64,000 nt of DNA, from positions 243,476,001 to 243,540,000 of the forward strand of contig NC_086097.1 in assembly GCF_963921235.1 (NCBI RefSeq), given 5' to 3'. How positions within the stretch are numbered: the first letter of the stretch is position 1; every line of letters begins with the position of its first letter. Origin of the DNA: Mobula hypostoma (lineage: Eukaryota). The notes below the pieces were generated by a model that was given only the letters and a program-made list of their open reading frames with translations, made no database searches and was not told where the DNA came from. Positions 12,854 through 27,100 of this stretch are shown here, piece after piece. The position numbers and the translations under genes were made by a program.

Positions 12854-14367
12854 ATTTTAACTGGTTTTGACTTGTTTTATTTCAGAAGGAACATTGAGGA
12901 TTATTTTTGTTCATGACAACTACTATTTAGTCTTAGGTTGCAACTTAAGGGTCCAGAGGAAGTTCACAAAAATGATCTGTTAAATGAAAGGGTTAATGTA
13001 TGAGGAGCGTTTGATGGCTCTCGGCCTGTATTCACTGGAGTTTGGAGGAATGATGGGGAATCTCATTGAAACCTATCAAATATTGGATGTGGAGAGGATG
13101 TTTCCTATAGTGGCAGAGTCTGGGACCAGAGGGCCCAGTCACAGAATACAAGGACATTCATTTAAAACCAAGATGAGGAATTTCTTAAGCCAGAGGCTAG
13201 TGAGTTTGAGGAGTTCATAGCCACAGACAGCTGTTAATTCTAAGTAATTGAGTATATTTAAAGCAAAAGTTCAAAAGGCAAGAAATGCCATATAACCATA
13301 TAACAATTACAGCATGGAAACAAGCCATCTCGGCCCTTCGAGTCCGTGCCGAACTCTTACCCTCACTTAGTCCCACCGACCTGCACTCAGCCCATAACCC
13401 TCCATTCCTTTCCTGTTCATATAGCTGTCCAATTTAACTTTAAATGACAACATCGAATCTTCCTCAACCACTTCTGCTGGAATACGACTAAGTACTTAAT
13501 TAATAACACTTTTTCTGTGGTAAATTGTGGTAAACTATCAGTGGAAACAATGAAGAGGTGAGCGAAGTCTAGGCTGACTCCAGGGTGGAGCCGTGCGGAG
13601 GCAACGTTAAGTCGGAACATGGCACGCTCGAGGAGAGTGGTCAGGGTGAGGCTGAGGCTTGGTGAAGACGGAGGCAGAGTTCGAGATGGAGTTGGAGCAA
13701 GTGAGTTAGAGAGGGGTTTCGGAGCCTGTCCACCTAAACCAGGAGCGAGGTTGGATCACTGAGCTGATTTGGAAAGGACCGCAGTGCTGAGGCTGTGAGG
13801 CTGCTCCAGCTGCTCCCAGCTCCATACTAGTGAGCTTCTTGGAGATTTGCCCCACTGTGTGATGAACCGAGACTGAGGCCATGGGCTTGCTCCAGCTGTT
13901 CAAGGTCTTTGGACTCAATTTGGTTCTGAATGCCGTCGCCTGTTTTTACTTGCATGGTTTGTGTTTTTTTCTCTCTCTGCACATTAAAAAATTGGGCTCT
14001 TTTGGCTTCCTTGCTTTATGGCTGCCTGTAAGCAAATGAATCTCAAGGTTGCGAAATTTATATATAGTTTGATAATAAATGTACTTTGAATCCTTTGAAC
14101 TTTTGAAAGGTTCCTGATTAGTAACAACGTCAAACTTCATGAAGAGAAGGCAGAAGAATGGGTTTGAGTGGAATAATAAATCAGTCATGAAGGAATAATA
14201 GAGAAGATCTGATGACCTGAATAGCCTAATTGTGTTCTAGGAGTGAACCTGGGAGGTCAAATTCCTCTGTTTTTGATAGTTTAATTACAATGCCTCCAAT
14301 GAAATGTTTGGGCGCTGATGCATCAACCATAATTTAAGCCAAAGTTTCAATAACCATAGATAAGATC

Positions 14368-15368
14368 ATGTGTCACAATTACAAGCTTGCTCTCAACATC
14401 AGTAAGACCAAGAAATTGATTGTGGACTTCAGGAAGAGAATGTCAGGGGAAAACACAACGTTCTTCATCAAGGGAGAAAGGATGAGCAGTTTAAAATTCC
14501 TGGAAGTCAACATCTCTGAAGATCTGTCCTGGGCCCCAAGCATTGATGCAATTACGAAGAAGGCACGACAGCTGTTATATTTCTTTGGGAGTTTGAGGAG
14601 ATTTGGTACATCACCAAAGACTCCAGCAGATGTCAACAGATGTGTGTTGGAGAACATTCTAATTATTTGCATTACCATCTGGTATGGATGGGGAAAATCT
14701 ACAGGAAGTTGTAAACTCAGCCAGCTCCATCATGGGCACCAGCCTCCCCAGCATCCAGGATACCTTCAGAAGCTGTTGCCTCAAAAAGGTAGCATCCATC
14801 ATTAAGGACTTCCACCACTCAAGAGAATCCCTCTACTCGTTACTGCCATCGGAGAGGAGATACAGGAGCCGAAAGGAACACACTGAATGTTTTAGTAATG
14901 GCTTCTTCCCCCCGCCATCATATTCCTGAATGGACAACCAGCCAACCCATGAACACTATCTCACTACTTTTGCTCCCTTTTATTTAACCACTTACTTTTT
15001 TTAAGAGTCATTGTCACAGAAAGGTACAGCACAGAAATTGGCCGTTCGGCCCATCTGGTCTGTGCCAAACCATTTAAATTGCCTCCTCCCATCGACCTGC
15101 TCCAGGACCACAGCCCACCATATCGCTGTGATCCATGTCCCAATCCAAACTTCTCTTGAACATTAAAAATCGAGCTCGCATGCACTTCATGTGCTGGCAG
15201 CTCTTTCCACAGTCTCACAACCCTCTGAGTGAAAAGCCTTCGCCTTAATATACAATATACATTTATTTTTATTGTAACATAGAACTTTTTATGTATTGCA
15301 ATGTGCTGTAGCCACGGAACAACAAATTACATGGCGTTTATCAGTGATAATAAACCTGATTCTAATTC
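14368..15368 (+). mobile_element. Rex1/Babar-like LINE fragment interrupted by a CR1 3' piece (about 15005-15245, -)
   Basis: LALNISKTKKLIVDFRK..KFL.V.ISEDLSW..KKARQ.LYF..LRRFG. Tail TGATAATAAACCTGATTCTAATTC ends about 26 nt before the neck exon. Confidence 0.75.
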
Positions 15369-15394
15369 ACTTATGTGTTCTGCTGCGTTAACAG

Positions 15395-15490
15395 GCCACT
15401 CCTGTGATTGTGGAAGATACCGGAAAATTGTAGGCCAAATGGATATCAACATAGCTCGACTGAACAACACAATGCGCTTTGTGAAAAATG
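15395..15490 (+). CDS. COLEC10: Collectin-10-like, neck/coiled-coil exon (96 bp, phase 1-1)
   Basis: ttaacAG|GCCAC...AAAAATG|GTacgt. Encodes (G)HSCDCGRYRKIVGQMDINIARLNNTMRFVKN(V). The CDCGRYRKxVGQxDI motif is the CL-L1 neck as I recall it. Confidence 0.93.
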
Positions 15491-15796
15491 GTACGTAACA
15501 TTAGATATCAACTTAACACGCATGTTTTCTAAATATCAAATATTGTGAATTCTAGATAGAGTGGACATGGAGAGAATGTTTTCAATGGTGGGAGAGTCTA
15601 GGACCAAAGGTCACAACCTCCGAATAGAAGGGTATCTATTTAAAACAGGGATGACAAGGGATTTCTTTTGCCAGAGGGTGGTGGATCTGTGGAGTTCATT
15701 GTCACTGAGGACAGCAGAGCACAAGTTATTGGCTACATGTAAAGCGGAGGTTGACTGTTTCTTGATTAGTAAGGATATCAAATGTTACAGGGACTC

Positions 15797-16112
15797 ACTT
15801 ACTGCCTGTTACACCTCAGGCATTTAGGGCAGCAGTGAAGGTCCTCCATCTCTGTCTGTATAGGAGGATTTTTCATTGCTGTTTCCTTACAATAGGTTTT
15901 TGACCAGTCAGGGTTGTTAGCTTGAGGTGACCCCCGAACCTGGAGGACCGGTGGACCACTCTTAGTCTGATCTCTACTCTTTGATCTTTTTGGCATGGGC
16001 AACCCTACTAGAGTCCAAAGCATAATACCCTGACTCCAACCAACCTAGCTCTTCAGGTCACTGAGCCACACAAGCTTCTACATCCTACAACAAGGTTGTG
16101 GTCTTCTTAGAG
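15797..16112 (-). mobile_element. RTE-derived non-autonomous element (copies 44680-45086 and 49551-49940)
   Basis: Three mutually alignable copies. The minus-strand 5' end CCTC..GACCACAACCTTGT is RTE-5'UTR-like. This copy splits a CR1 3' fragment. Confidence 0.65.
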
Positions 16113-16574
16113 GAAATGTTTGGGGGAGGAGGCAGGAAAATAAGGTTAAGAGGGATAATAAATTATCCATGATGGAATGGTGGAGCAGACTCCATGAGCC
16201 AAATGGCCTAATACTGCTCCTATGTCTTATGGTCTTATAAGATGGATTCATTGAAATAATCATTTTCATTTCATACCAGATGGTAATATTTATACATATC
16301 TTCACAGAATTCTTCATGTCATTGATCTAAAAGTAATGTAGAATTTTTTTTTTTGCAAACCAGCTAAGTAATGTATAGATCTGGAGTGGATTGCCTGAAA
16401 ATGTAAGGATCACATTTGATAGTTTCTTTTAAAAAGAACTTGTAAACAATTGGAAACTTGTAAGGAAGGAAGAGATGACCAACTGGAGAGCTCTTTCAAA
16501 AGAGCTAGCACGGGCATGAAGGAGCACATGGTCACCTCCTATGCTACACATATCACTGACTCCAATAGTTTCAG

Positions 16575-17090
16575 ATGCAACTTCAAAATAAATTTATTAT
16601 CAAAGTACATATATGTCACTATATACAACCCTGAGATTAATTTTCTTGTATTTAAACTCTACAAATCCATGGAATAATAACCATAACAGAATCAATGAAA
16701 GACTGCACCAACTTGGGCATTTGAGCAATATGCAAAAGGTAACAAACTGCAATTAAAAAAAGAAATAATAATAATAATAAATAAATAAGCAATAAATATT
16801 GAGAACATGAGATGAAGAATCCTTGAAAGTGAGCCCATAGTTAGTGGGAATATTTCAGTGATGGAGTGAGTGAAGTTGTCCCCTTTGGTTCAAGAACCTG
16901 ATGGTTGAGAGGTGATAATTGTTCCTGAACCTGGTGGTGTGAGTCCTGAGGCTCCTGTATCTTCTTCCTGATGGCAGCAGTGAGAAGAGAGCATGTCCTT
17001 GTGTTGGGAATCCCTGATGATGGATGCTGCTTTCAGTCGACAGTGTTTCATGTAGACGTGTTCAATGGTTGGGAGGGATTTACCCATGAC
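16575..17090 (-). mobile_element. Rex1/Babar-like 3' fragment (related pieces 20915-21593 +, 29000-29690 -, 45900-46170 +, 53745-54290 -)
   Basis: LPTIEHVY...KAASII.D type peptide; CACACCACCAGGTTCAGGAACA 3' motif; shared AATAAA-containing tail. Confidence 0.65.
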
Positions 17091-19109
17091 AACTTACAAA
17101 ACAATCAACCTTTAAAATATGTTATTCTCATTGTATTTCATATTTTCCTACTACAAAGAAGATGTGATTCCAGACCACTCGCCTCTGCTGGCTCACAAAT
17201 CTGATCCATCCATCAATCTTCTCTGGAACCATTTCCTACCGCAATACCGTCAACCTTTCGCTGGTACAACCACTTCCCTGCAGACTCGGGGAAATTTACA
17301 ATGGCCAAAAAACCTACCACTTGGTAATATAGCAGTTAGAACAATTGCATTACAGTGCCAGACAACACAGTTGCCGTGTGGCATGTATGGGCCGAATCAA
17401 GGCTGAAGGGCTCGTGTCCGAGAGTGAGGACTGACCTGAGGTCTGGATGATTTAAGTGCCGGGCCAGATTGAAAAGGCCGGGTCTGAGGTGAGGGATGGG
17501 CTGATTCAGCTCGCTGCTCTGCCAGATTAACTTGCTCCGCGCTGAACTGAGACTGTGGACTGCAACTAATTGGCTCCTGATTCAGCTGCAGTGGTGAATG
17601 GCTTTGTGGCTGTGGGACTTACTTTCGTGAACCTCAGTTGCTTGCTTTTATTGCTTGCATGATTTGTTTCTTTTTCCTGCACATTGAGTGCTTAACGGTC
17701 TTTTTCTAATGGGTTCTATTGGGTTTCCTTGTTTAGTGGCTACGTGTAGGGAGGCGATTCTCAAGGTTGTATATAGTATACATACTTTGATCATAAATGT
17801 ACATTGAAGTTTTTGAACTTTGGATACCGATTGGGGTTCAATTCCCGCTGTCTGTAATGTGCTTGCACGTCCTCCCCTTAACCGCATGGATTTCCTTCGG
17901 GTGCTCCAGTTTCCTCCCATATTCCAAAGATGTACGGGTTAGTAGGTTAATTGGTCACATTGACACATGCAGGCTTGTTGGGCCAGAAGAGTCTGTTAAT
18001 GCTCGCAGTCAGCCACTGAGCGGATAAGGTCAGTGTTGGCTCATGCTGTGTCATATTCTCCTCCCACGTACAGAGATTCTCCCACCAGGCAGACTCTGCA
18101 GTTGGAATTAATGTTGCTTTTCCAAGTTGCATTGCACATTTACAACTAAAGGCTGCCTCACTTCTCCAATGATCTGGGTTCGATCCTGACCTCTGGTTAA
18201 CACCAGTTTATATTTTCTCCTTAGGTTTCCTCTGGGCACTTCAGTTGCCTCCCAAAAGTCAAGGATGTAAAGATTGTCTTAGCTTGTCACATGTATATTG
18301 AAACTTTGAAACACACAGTGAAATGCGTTATCTGTGGCTAATCAAATAGGTGAGGATGGTGCTGGGAGCAGCCTGCAAATGCCGTCACTCCATCCTATCT
18401 CCTGCTATCTCAAAATAGCAGGCCTTTCAGCCCATCTCTCAATGCTGACCATTGTGCCCACATAGCTAATCTCATCTACCAGCCCTTTACCTATAACCTT
18501 CTGTGGTTCAGTTTGAATGTTATTTGCTTACTTTTACTGTTTGCACAATTTGTTTTTTTTTTTCTGTTCATTAGGTTTCATGCAGGTACCATCTCAGATG
18601 TTGTGATGGTCTCTGCCCTCTCAACCCTCTCAGGCGGTCCATTCCCAACTTCTGCCACTGTCTGGGTGAAAATATCCCTCCTCAGATCCCCTTGAAGCCT
18701 CTTAACCTTTAGCCCTATGCCCTCTGGTTACAGATCCCCACAGACCGAGTGGGTTTCCTCCAGGTGCTCCAGTTTCCTCCCATATTCCAAAAATGTATGG
18801 AATTGTAGGCTAATTGGTCACATGGGTGCAACTGGGCAGCAGGGGTTCATTGAGCCAGAATGGTCTGTTACTGTGATGTATGTATGTATTTATTTATTTA
18901 GAGATACGGCACAGAACAGGCCCTTCAAGTCCAACGAGTCTCATCACCCAGAAACCCAGCTATTAACACTAGCCTAATCACAAGACAACTTACAATGACC
19001 AATTCACCTACTAACTGGTCTGTGGATTGTGGGAGGAAACCCATGCAGTCACTGCGAGAAAATATTCGCTCCTTACAGAAGGTGCCAGGATTGAACTCTG
19101 AACTCTGTC

Positions 19110-20403
19110 TGGATTTGTGAAAGGAAAATCATGTCTGACGAATCTCATAGAATTTTTTGAGGATGTAACTAGTAGAGTGGATAGGGGAGAACCAGTGGAT
19201 GTGGTATATTTGGATTTTCAAAAGGCTTTTGACAAGGTCCCACACAGGAGATTAGTGTGCAAACTTAAAGCACACGGTATTGGGGGTAAGGTATTGGTGT
19301 GGGTGGAGAATTGGTTAGCAGACAGGAAGCAAAGAGTGGGAATAAACGGGACCTTTTCAGAATGGCAGGCGGTGACTAGTGGGGTACCGCAAGGCTCAGT
19401 GCTGGGACCCCAGTTGTTTACAATATATATTAATGACTTGGATGAGGGAATTAAATGCAGCATCTCCAAGTTTGCGGATGACACAAAGCTGGGTGGCAGT
19501 GTTAGCAGTGAGGAGGATGCTAAGAGGATGCAGGGTGACTTGGATAGGTTGGGTGAGTGGGCAAACTCATGGCAGATGCAATTTAATGTGGATAAATGTA
19601 AAGTTATCCACTTTGGTGGCAAAAATAGGAAAACAGATTATTATCTGAATGGTGGCCGATTAGGAAAAGGGGAGGTGCAACGAGACCTGGGTGTCATTAT
19701 ACACCAGTCATTGAAAGTGGGCATGCAGGTACAGCAGGCGGTGAAAAAGGCGAACGGTATGCTGGCATTTATAGCGAGAGGATTCGAGTACAGGAGCAGG
19801 GAGGTACTACTGCAGTTGTACAAGGCCTTGGTGAGACCACACCTGGAGTATTGTGTGCAGTTTTGGTCCCCTAATCTGAGGAAAGACATCTTTGCCATAG
19901 AGGGAGTACAAAGAAGGTTCACCAGATTGATTCCTGGGATGGCAGGTCTTTCATATGAAGAAAGACTGGATGAACTGGGCTTGTACTCGTTGGAATTTAG
20001 AAGATTGAGGGGGGATCTGATTGAAACGTATAAGATCCTAAAGGGATTGGACAGGCTAGATGCAGGAAGATTGTTCCCGATGTTGGGGAGGTCTAGAACG
20101 AGGGGTCACAGTTTGAGGATAGAGGGGAAGCCTTTTAGGACCGAGATTAGGAAAAACTTCTTCACACAGAGAGTGGTGAATCTGTGGAATTCTCTGCCAC
20201 AGCAAACTGTTGAGGCCAGTTCATTAGCTATGTTTAAAAGGAAGTTAGATATGGCCCTTGTGGCTACAGGGGTCAGGGGGTATGGAGGGAAGGCTGGGTT
20301 CTGAGTTGGATGATCAGCCATGATCATAATAAATGGCGGTGCAGGCTCGAAGGGCCGAATGGCCTACTCCTGCACCTATTTTCTATGTTTCTATGTTTCT
20401 ATG
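19110..20403 (+). mobile_element. Young CR1 LINE, 5'-truncated, open RT C-terminal frame, inserted in a V-SINE
   Basis: ORF 19117..20304 with [26 protein letters not shown]; (TTTCTATG)n tail; nearly identical to 35874-37155. Confidence 0.95.
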
Positions 20404-23400
20404 AATAGGGTCGCGCTAACCGCTATGGTACTGTGATGCCCTGTTTCTAAATAAATAAAACACAAAAAATAAATAAATAAACTGAGACACTCCATCCAGG
20501 CAACAGGCTGGTGAAATTCCTTCATAGCCTCTCACGAGCAATCACACTCCTTCCATGCTCCAGCCATGAAAGCTGCCACATAATATTTCAGATAAGGCTT
20601 CGCACATGCTTTAGAAGGTTGCTCTTATATTCAACACTCTAGCTAGTATCTTGTTTTTTACCCTATGCTGCCATCTTCAGGGATCTTTACACTTGCACAC
20701 TAAACTGTCTCCGTTCTTTAGAGCTCCCCAGGGTCCTACCTTCTTTCACCTCCCAAATGCATCACTTTACACATATCAGAATCAAACTCCATTTCTCTGA
20801 CCAACTCACCAGCCGATCAATATTTTTCTGTTACCTGAAACTGTCCTCCTCATAACCATAAAAACACCAATTTTTGTGTCATTTTTATTAAAAAAAGATT
20901 AAAGATCTGCTTTATTTGTCACAAACTTCTACAGAAGTGTAGTGGAGGGTATGTTGATGGGCGGCGTCACAGCCTGGTGTGGAAACATCAGTGTCCTTGA
21001 ACAGAAAATCGGAAGTAGTGGATATGGCCCAGTCCATCACAGGTAAAGCCTGCACCCCCCGCCCCCCCCATTGAGCACATCCACATGGAGTCCACAGGAA
21101 AGCAGCATCCATCATCAGGGACTCCCACCACCCAGGCCATGCTCTCTTCTCACTGCTGCCATCAGAAAGAAGGCACAGGAGCCTCAGGACCCACACCACC
21201 AGGTCCAGGAACAGTTATTACCCCTCAACCATCAGGCTCTTGAACCAGAGGGGATAAGTTCACTCAACTTCACTTGCCCCTTGATTGAAATGTTCCCATA
21301 ATCTAGGAACTCACTTTCATGGGCTCTTCATCTCATGTCCTTGATATTTATTGTTTATTTATTTATTTATTTATTTATTATGATTATTATTATTATTTCT
21401 TTCTCTTTGTGTTTGCACAGATTCTCACCTTTTTCAGACTGGTCGAATGCCCAAGTTGGTGTGGTCTTTCATTGTTTCTATTAAGGTTATTATTCTATTA
21501 CAGATTTATTGAGAATTCCCACAAGAAAATGGATGTCTGGGTTGTATATGGTGACATATATGTCATTTGATAACAAGTTTACTTTGAACTTTGAGCATGT
21601 ACGTGATATGTGTGTTGTGTTTTTCACCTTGGACCCTGAGGAACGTTGCTTTGTTTAGCTGTATGCATGTGTACAGTTGAATGACAATAAGTTTGAAGTT
21701 GAACTTGGACTTGAAACATACAGTGAAGTGTGCCATTTGTGTCAGTCCGAAGATTGTGCTGGGGGCAGGCCCGTAAAAGCATCACTGTGCTTCTGGCACC
21801 AGCAGAGCGTGCCCAAAACTTACTAACCAGATGTCTTTGGAATGCATGTGGGAGGGGGAACCGGAGCATCCGCCGGAAACCCCCGTGGTCATGGGGAGAA
21901 TGTACACCATTTGCTGGTGCAGCAAAGCATGCCGCTAACTTCTACTGCACCATGCTGTCTGCTATTCCTCTCACTTCCATCTCAGCCCCTCTCTTCCATC
22001 TCAGAAAATCCTCTGTTATGAAGCTCCTTCTTGGCTACTCTCTCAGTCACTCCCAGTCTCTGTGGCCTGTCTCCTGGCCTCTGCCAGTCTCTGGTGCCTA
22101 TCTGACAGTATGGTAATGGAGCCATAAGACACAGAAGCAGAGTTAGGCTATTCGGCTTATCTAGGCTGCTCTGCCACTCCATCATGGCTGATTTATTTTC
22201 TCTCTTAACCTCATTCTCCTGCCTGCATCCCATGACATTTGACACCCTTACAAATGAAGAACCTATCAACCTCCACTTTAAATATACCTGAAGAATTGTC
22301 TCTGGCAGTGAGTTGCACAGATTCACCACCCTCTAGCTGAAGAAATTCCTCCTCACCTCTGTTCTAAAGGAACATCCTTGTTTCCTGAGGCTGTGGCCTC
22401 TGGTCCTAGTTTGGGAACATCCTCTCCACATCCACTCTATCTAGGCCTTTCAACATTCAATCAGATCCATCCTCATTCTTCAGGACTCCAGTGAGTACAG
22501 GTCCAAAGCCATCAAACACTCCTTATATATTTACATTTATTCCGAAGATCATTCTTGTAAACCTCCCTCTTCATCGCTAGCACATACTTCCTTAAATATG
22601 GGATCCATAACTGCTCATGATATTTCAGGTGCGGTCCCACAAAAGATGATTAAAACTGAGCCACACCAAAGCTGTAACTTGGGAATATAGACGTCTTTTA
22701 TAAAAGCCACAGCAAACATCCAGGAGAGAGATTCTAAGAGAATCTCACTACTGACACAGTTTTCAAAGTGTACTTATTATTGAAGAATGGATAAATTATA
22801 CAACCGTGAGATTTATTTACTTACAGGCAGTCGCAAAGCCAGAAACCCAAAAGAATCCGATTTTTTTTTTAAAAAGGAGCAACAACAACAGCATTCCGAA
22901 TCAAATTGAGTCCTTAGATCCAAACCCCTGGAGCAACCCAAAGTAGGCCCAAAGCCTCAGTATTGAGTTCATCATTTTATACTCCAGTTCAATATATATT
23001 CAGTTCAATATTTTATATACTTCTTCAAAGTAACAGATAACTGCAGCTTCAATTGCTAAAGTCACCTTCTTAACTTAAACACTTGGAATATGGTCCGGGG
23101 AGTTTACCGAGTTACATATTTACATTGATAGCACCAATTCCCGGACTCCGCTGCTTCTATCACATCCCTTCGCATGATATTTTCCCTCCAACTCAGAAAA
23201 TCCTAGGTTATGAACCCCCTTCTTGGCTTCTTCGAGAATCTCTGGCCTCTCTCAGTCTCTCCCTGAGTCTTTGGCCTTGTCCTCAATCTCCGCCAGTCTT
23301 TGCAACCCACCTTGGCCTTTCCCAGGGTTTCTGGCTTCCCTGTTTTGGCATAATGATGACCCACCCAGTCCCAAATGCCATATCACCATCTTGAACAGCA

Positions 23401-24149
23401 GCTCCCATGAACCAAACCAATTGGAGCCATCAGCTATTGTACCCCAGGAAATGTGCATGGTGTACTATTTTATTTGGGAAGCCTGGATGAGGACTTCCAA
23501 GTCCCTTTGGAATTCTGATTTTTTAACTTCATGTTCAGTGGTAGGGAGGGCTGTGGAGGCCAATTCAATGGGTATGTTAAGGCAGATGTTGATAGATTCT
23601 TCATTGGTCAGGGCATGAAGGGTTACAGGAAGAAAGCAAGAGATTGAGGCTGTTAGGGAAATGATCCAGCCATGATGAAATGGCAGGGCAGATTCGATGG
23701 GCCAGACGGGCTAAATCTGCTCCAATATCTTATGGTCTCAAAGTATTAAATAATCATTAATTATCGTTACTGATGTAAAATATTCCACAGATGGATTTTG
23801 TGGTCTGATTCCTGTACATGCTTTGTAATCCATGCCAAAAAAAACAAAGATACCTTCTAAATTCTGAGAATGACCACAATTTGTAATATTCCTTTTCCTT
23901 TTTACTCTTGTTTCGTTTAAAACTAGCTGCAGTTCATTTATTTTTATATAGCTGCTTCCCGAACTGGCCAGGAATTTAATTTGACCTAATCCCCATCATC
24001 TCCAATCTGGCTGCAGGCAATAGTGTGAAAAGGGAAAAAAAAAATGCCCAGGCAGAAACTCCATTGAAACAAGACTGTGGAAGGGAGATATCAGAATCAG
24101 GTTTAATATCACCGGCATACGTTGTGGTAATGATGGCAATGGTGTACAT

Positions 24150-27100
24150 CAGCAACTCTCTGCACACTGCAGAAAAGAGTTTAAAAGGAGACGGTTATTT
24201 CTTCAGCATTTTGATCGGGGCACATCTGCACAAACACATGGACGTCAGCCCATTAGAACAGTGAGAAGAGTTTAAAAGGAGACAGCTTTACAGATCGGGC
24301 ATCATAGGAGCGGGTGTCGGAAGAGACGGAGACAGAGTAGGAAGGCGTTGGCTCAACGGGGCTTCGGCAATAACGGGTCGAGGCGAGGTACGTTATTTGT
24401 GCAGAATACAGACAGAAAGTATATGTGTGAGGCTGATTTTCTGTGTTCGGTGTCAGATGTGGGAAGTTCTGGAGACTCCCGGCCTCCTGGATAGCCACAT
24501 CTGCACCAGGTGCGTCGAGCTGCAGCTCCTTAGGGACCGTGTTAGGGAACTGGAGATGCAGCTTGATGACCTTCGTCTGGTCAGAGAAAGTGAGGAGGTG
24601 ATAGAGAGGAGTTATAGGCAGGAGACAGATGAGTGGGTAACAAACAGGAGAGGGAAGGGCAGGAGTCAGAGACTAGAGAGTACCCCAGTGTCTGTCCCCC
24701 TTAACAATAAGTACTCCTGTTTGAGTACTGCTGGGGGAGACGGCCTACCTGGGGGAAGCAACAGTGGTCGCACCTCTGGCACAGTGTCTGGCCCTCTGGC
24801 TCAGAAGGGTAGGGAAAGGAAGAGGATGGCAGCAGTGATAGGGGACTCTATAGTTAGGGGGTCAGACAGGCCATTCTGTGGAAGCAGGAAAGAAACGCGG
24901 ATGGTAGTCTGCCTCTCAGGTGCCAGGGTCCAGGATGTTTCCGATCGCATCCACGATATCCTGCAGTGGGAAAGAGAACAGCCAAAGGTCTGGGACATAT
25001 TGGTACCAACGACATAGGTAGGAAAAGGGAGGAGGTCCTGAAAACAGACTACAGCGAGTTAGGAAGAAAGTTGGGAAGCAGGACCTCAAAGGTAGTAATC
25101 TTGGGATTACTGCTTGTGCCACAAGACAGTGAGTATAGGAATAGAATGAGGTAGAGGATAAATGTGTGGCTGAGGGACTGGAGCAGGGGGCAGAGATTCA
25201 GATTTCTGGATCATTGGTACCTCTTTTGGGGCAGGTGTGACCTGTACAAAAAGGACGGGCTGCATTTGTATCCCAAGGGGGCCAATGTCCTGGCGGGGAG
25301 GCTTGCAAAGGTTATTGGGGAGAGTTTAAACTAGAATTACTGGGGGGTGGGAACCAAACTGAAGTGATGGAGGAAAGGGAAATTGGCTCACAAATAGAGA
25401 AAGCTTGGAGACAGTGCGAGAGGGAGGATAGGCAGGTGATAGAGAAGGGACACACTCAGACTGATGGTTTGAGATGTGTCTGTTTTAATGCTAGGAGTAT
25501 TATGAACAAAGCAGATGAGCTTAGAGCATGGATCAGCACTTGGAGCTATGATGTTGTGGCCATTACAGAGATTTGGATGGATCAGGGGTAGGAATGGCTA
25601 CTTCAAGTGCCAAGATTTAGACGTTTCAGAAAGACGGGGGGGGAGGCAAAAGAGGTGGGGGTGTGGCACTGTTGATCAGAGATAGTGTCATGGCTGCAGA
25701 AAAGGGGGAAGTCATTGAGGGGTTGTCTACAGAGTCTCTGTGGGTGGAAGTTAGGAATAGGAAGGGGTCAATAACTCTACTGGGTGTTTTTTATAGACCA
25801 TGCAATAGTAACAGGGACATAGAGGAGCAGATAGGGAGACAGATTCTGGAAAGGTGCAATAATAACAGGGTTGTTGTGGTGGGAGATTTTAATTTCCCAA
25901 ATATTGATTGGCATCTCCCTCGAGTGAGGGGTTTAGATGTGGTACGGTTTGTTAGATATGTTCAGGTAGGTTTCTTGACACAATATGTAGATATGTCTAC
26001 AAGAGGAGAGGCTGTACTTGATCTGGTATTGGGAAATGAACCTGGTCAGGAGTCATGTCTCTCAGTGGGAGAGCATTTTCGAGATAGTGATCACAATTCA
26101 CAATTCTATCTCCTTTATCATAGCATTGGAGAGGGATAGGAACAGACAAGTTAGGGAAACATTTAATTGGAGTAAGGGGAAGTATGAGGATATCAGGCAA
26201 GAAGTTGGAAGCATAAATTGGAAACAGATGTTCTCAGGGAAACGTATGGAAGAAATGTGGCAAATGTTCAGGGGATATTTGCATGTGGTTCTGCGTAGGT
26301 ACATTCCAGTGAGGTAGGGAAAGGACGGTAGGGCATAGGAACCATGGTGTACAAAGGCTGTTGTAAATCTAGTCAAGATGAAAAAAAGAGCTTACAAAAC
26401 GTTTCAAAAACTAGGTAATGATAGAGATCTAGAAGATTATAAGGCTAGTAGGAAGGAGTTTAAGAATGAAATTAGGAGAACCAGAAGGGGCTTTGGCAGA
26501 CAGGATTAAGGAAGACCCCAAGGCATTCTAAAAGTATGTGAAGAGCAAAAGGATAAGATGTGAGAGAATAGGACCAATCAAATGTGATAGTGAAAAAGTG
26601 TGTATGGAACCGGAGGAAATGAGAGAGGTACTTAATGAATACTTTGCTTCAGTATTCACTGTGGAAGAGGATCTTGGCGATTGTAAGGATGACTTACAGC
26701 CAACTGAAAAGCTTGTGCATGTAGATATTAAAGAAGAGGATGTGCTGGAGCTTTCAGAAAGCATCAAGTTGGATCAGTCATCAGGACCGGATGGGATGTA
26801 CCCCAGGCTACTGTGGGAAGCGAGGGAGGAGATTGCTGAGCCTTTAGCGATGACCTTTGCATCATCAATGAGGACAGGAGAGGTTACGGAGGATTGGAGG
26901 GTTGCGTATGTTGTTCCCTTATTCAAGAAAGGGAGTAAAGATACTCAGGAAATTATAGACCAGTGAGTCTTACTTCAGTGGTTGGTGAGTTGATAGAGAA
27001 GATCCTGAGAGGCAGGATTTATGAACATTTGGAGAGGCATAAAATGATTAGGAATAGTCAGCATGGCTTGGCAAAGGCAGGTCGTGCCTTACGAGCCTGA

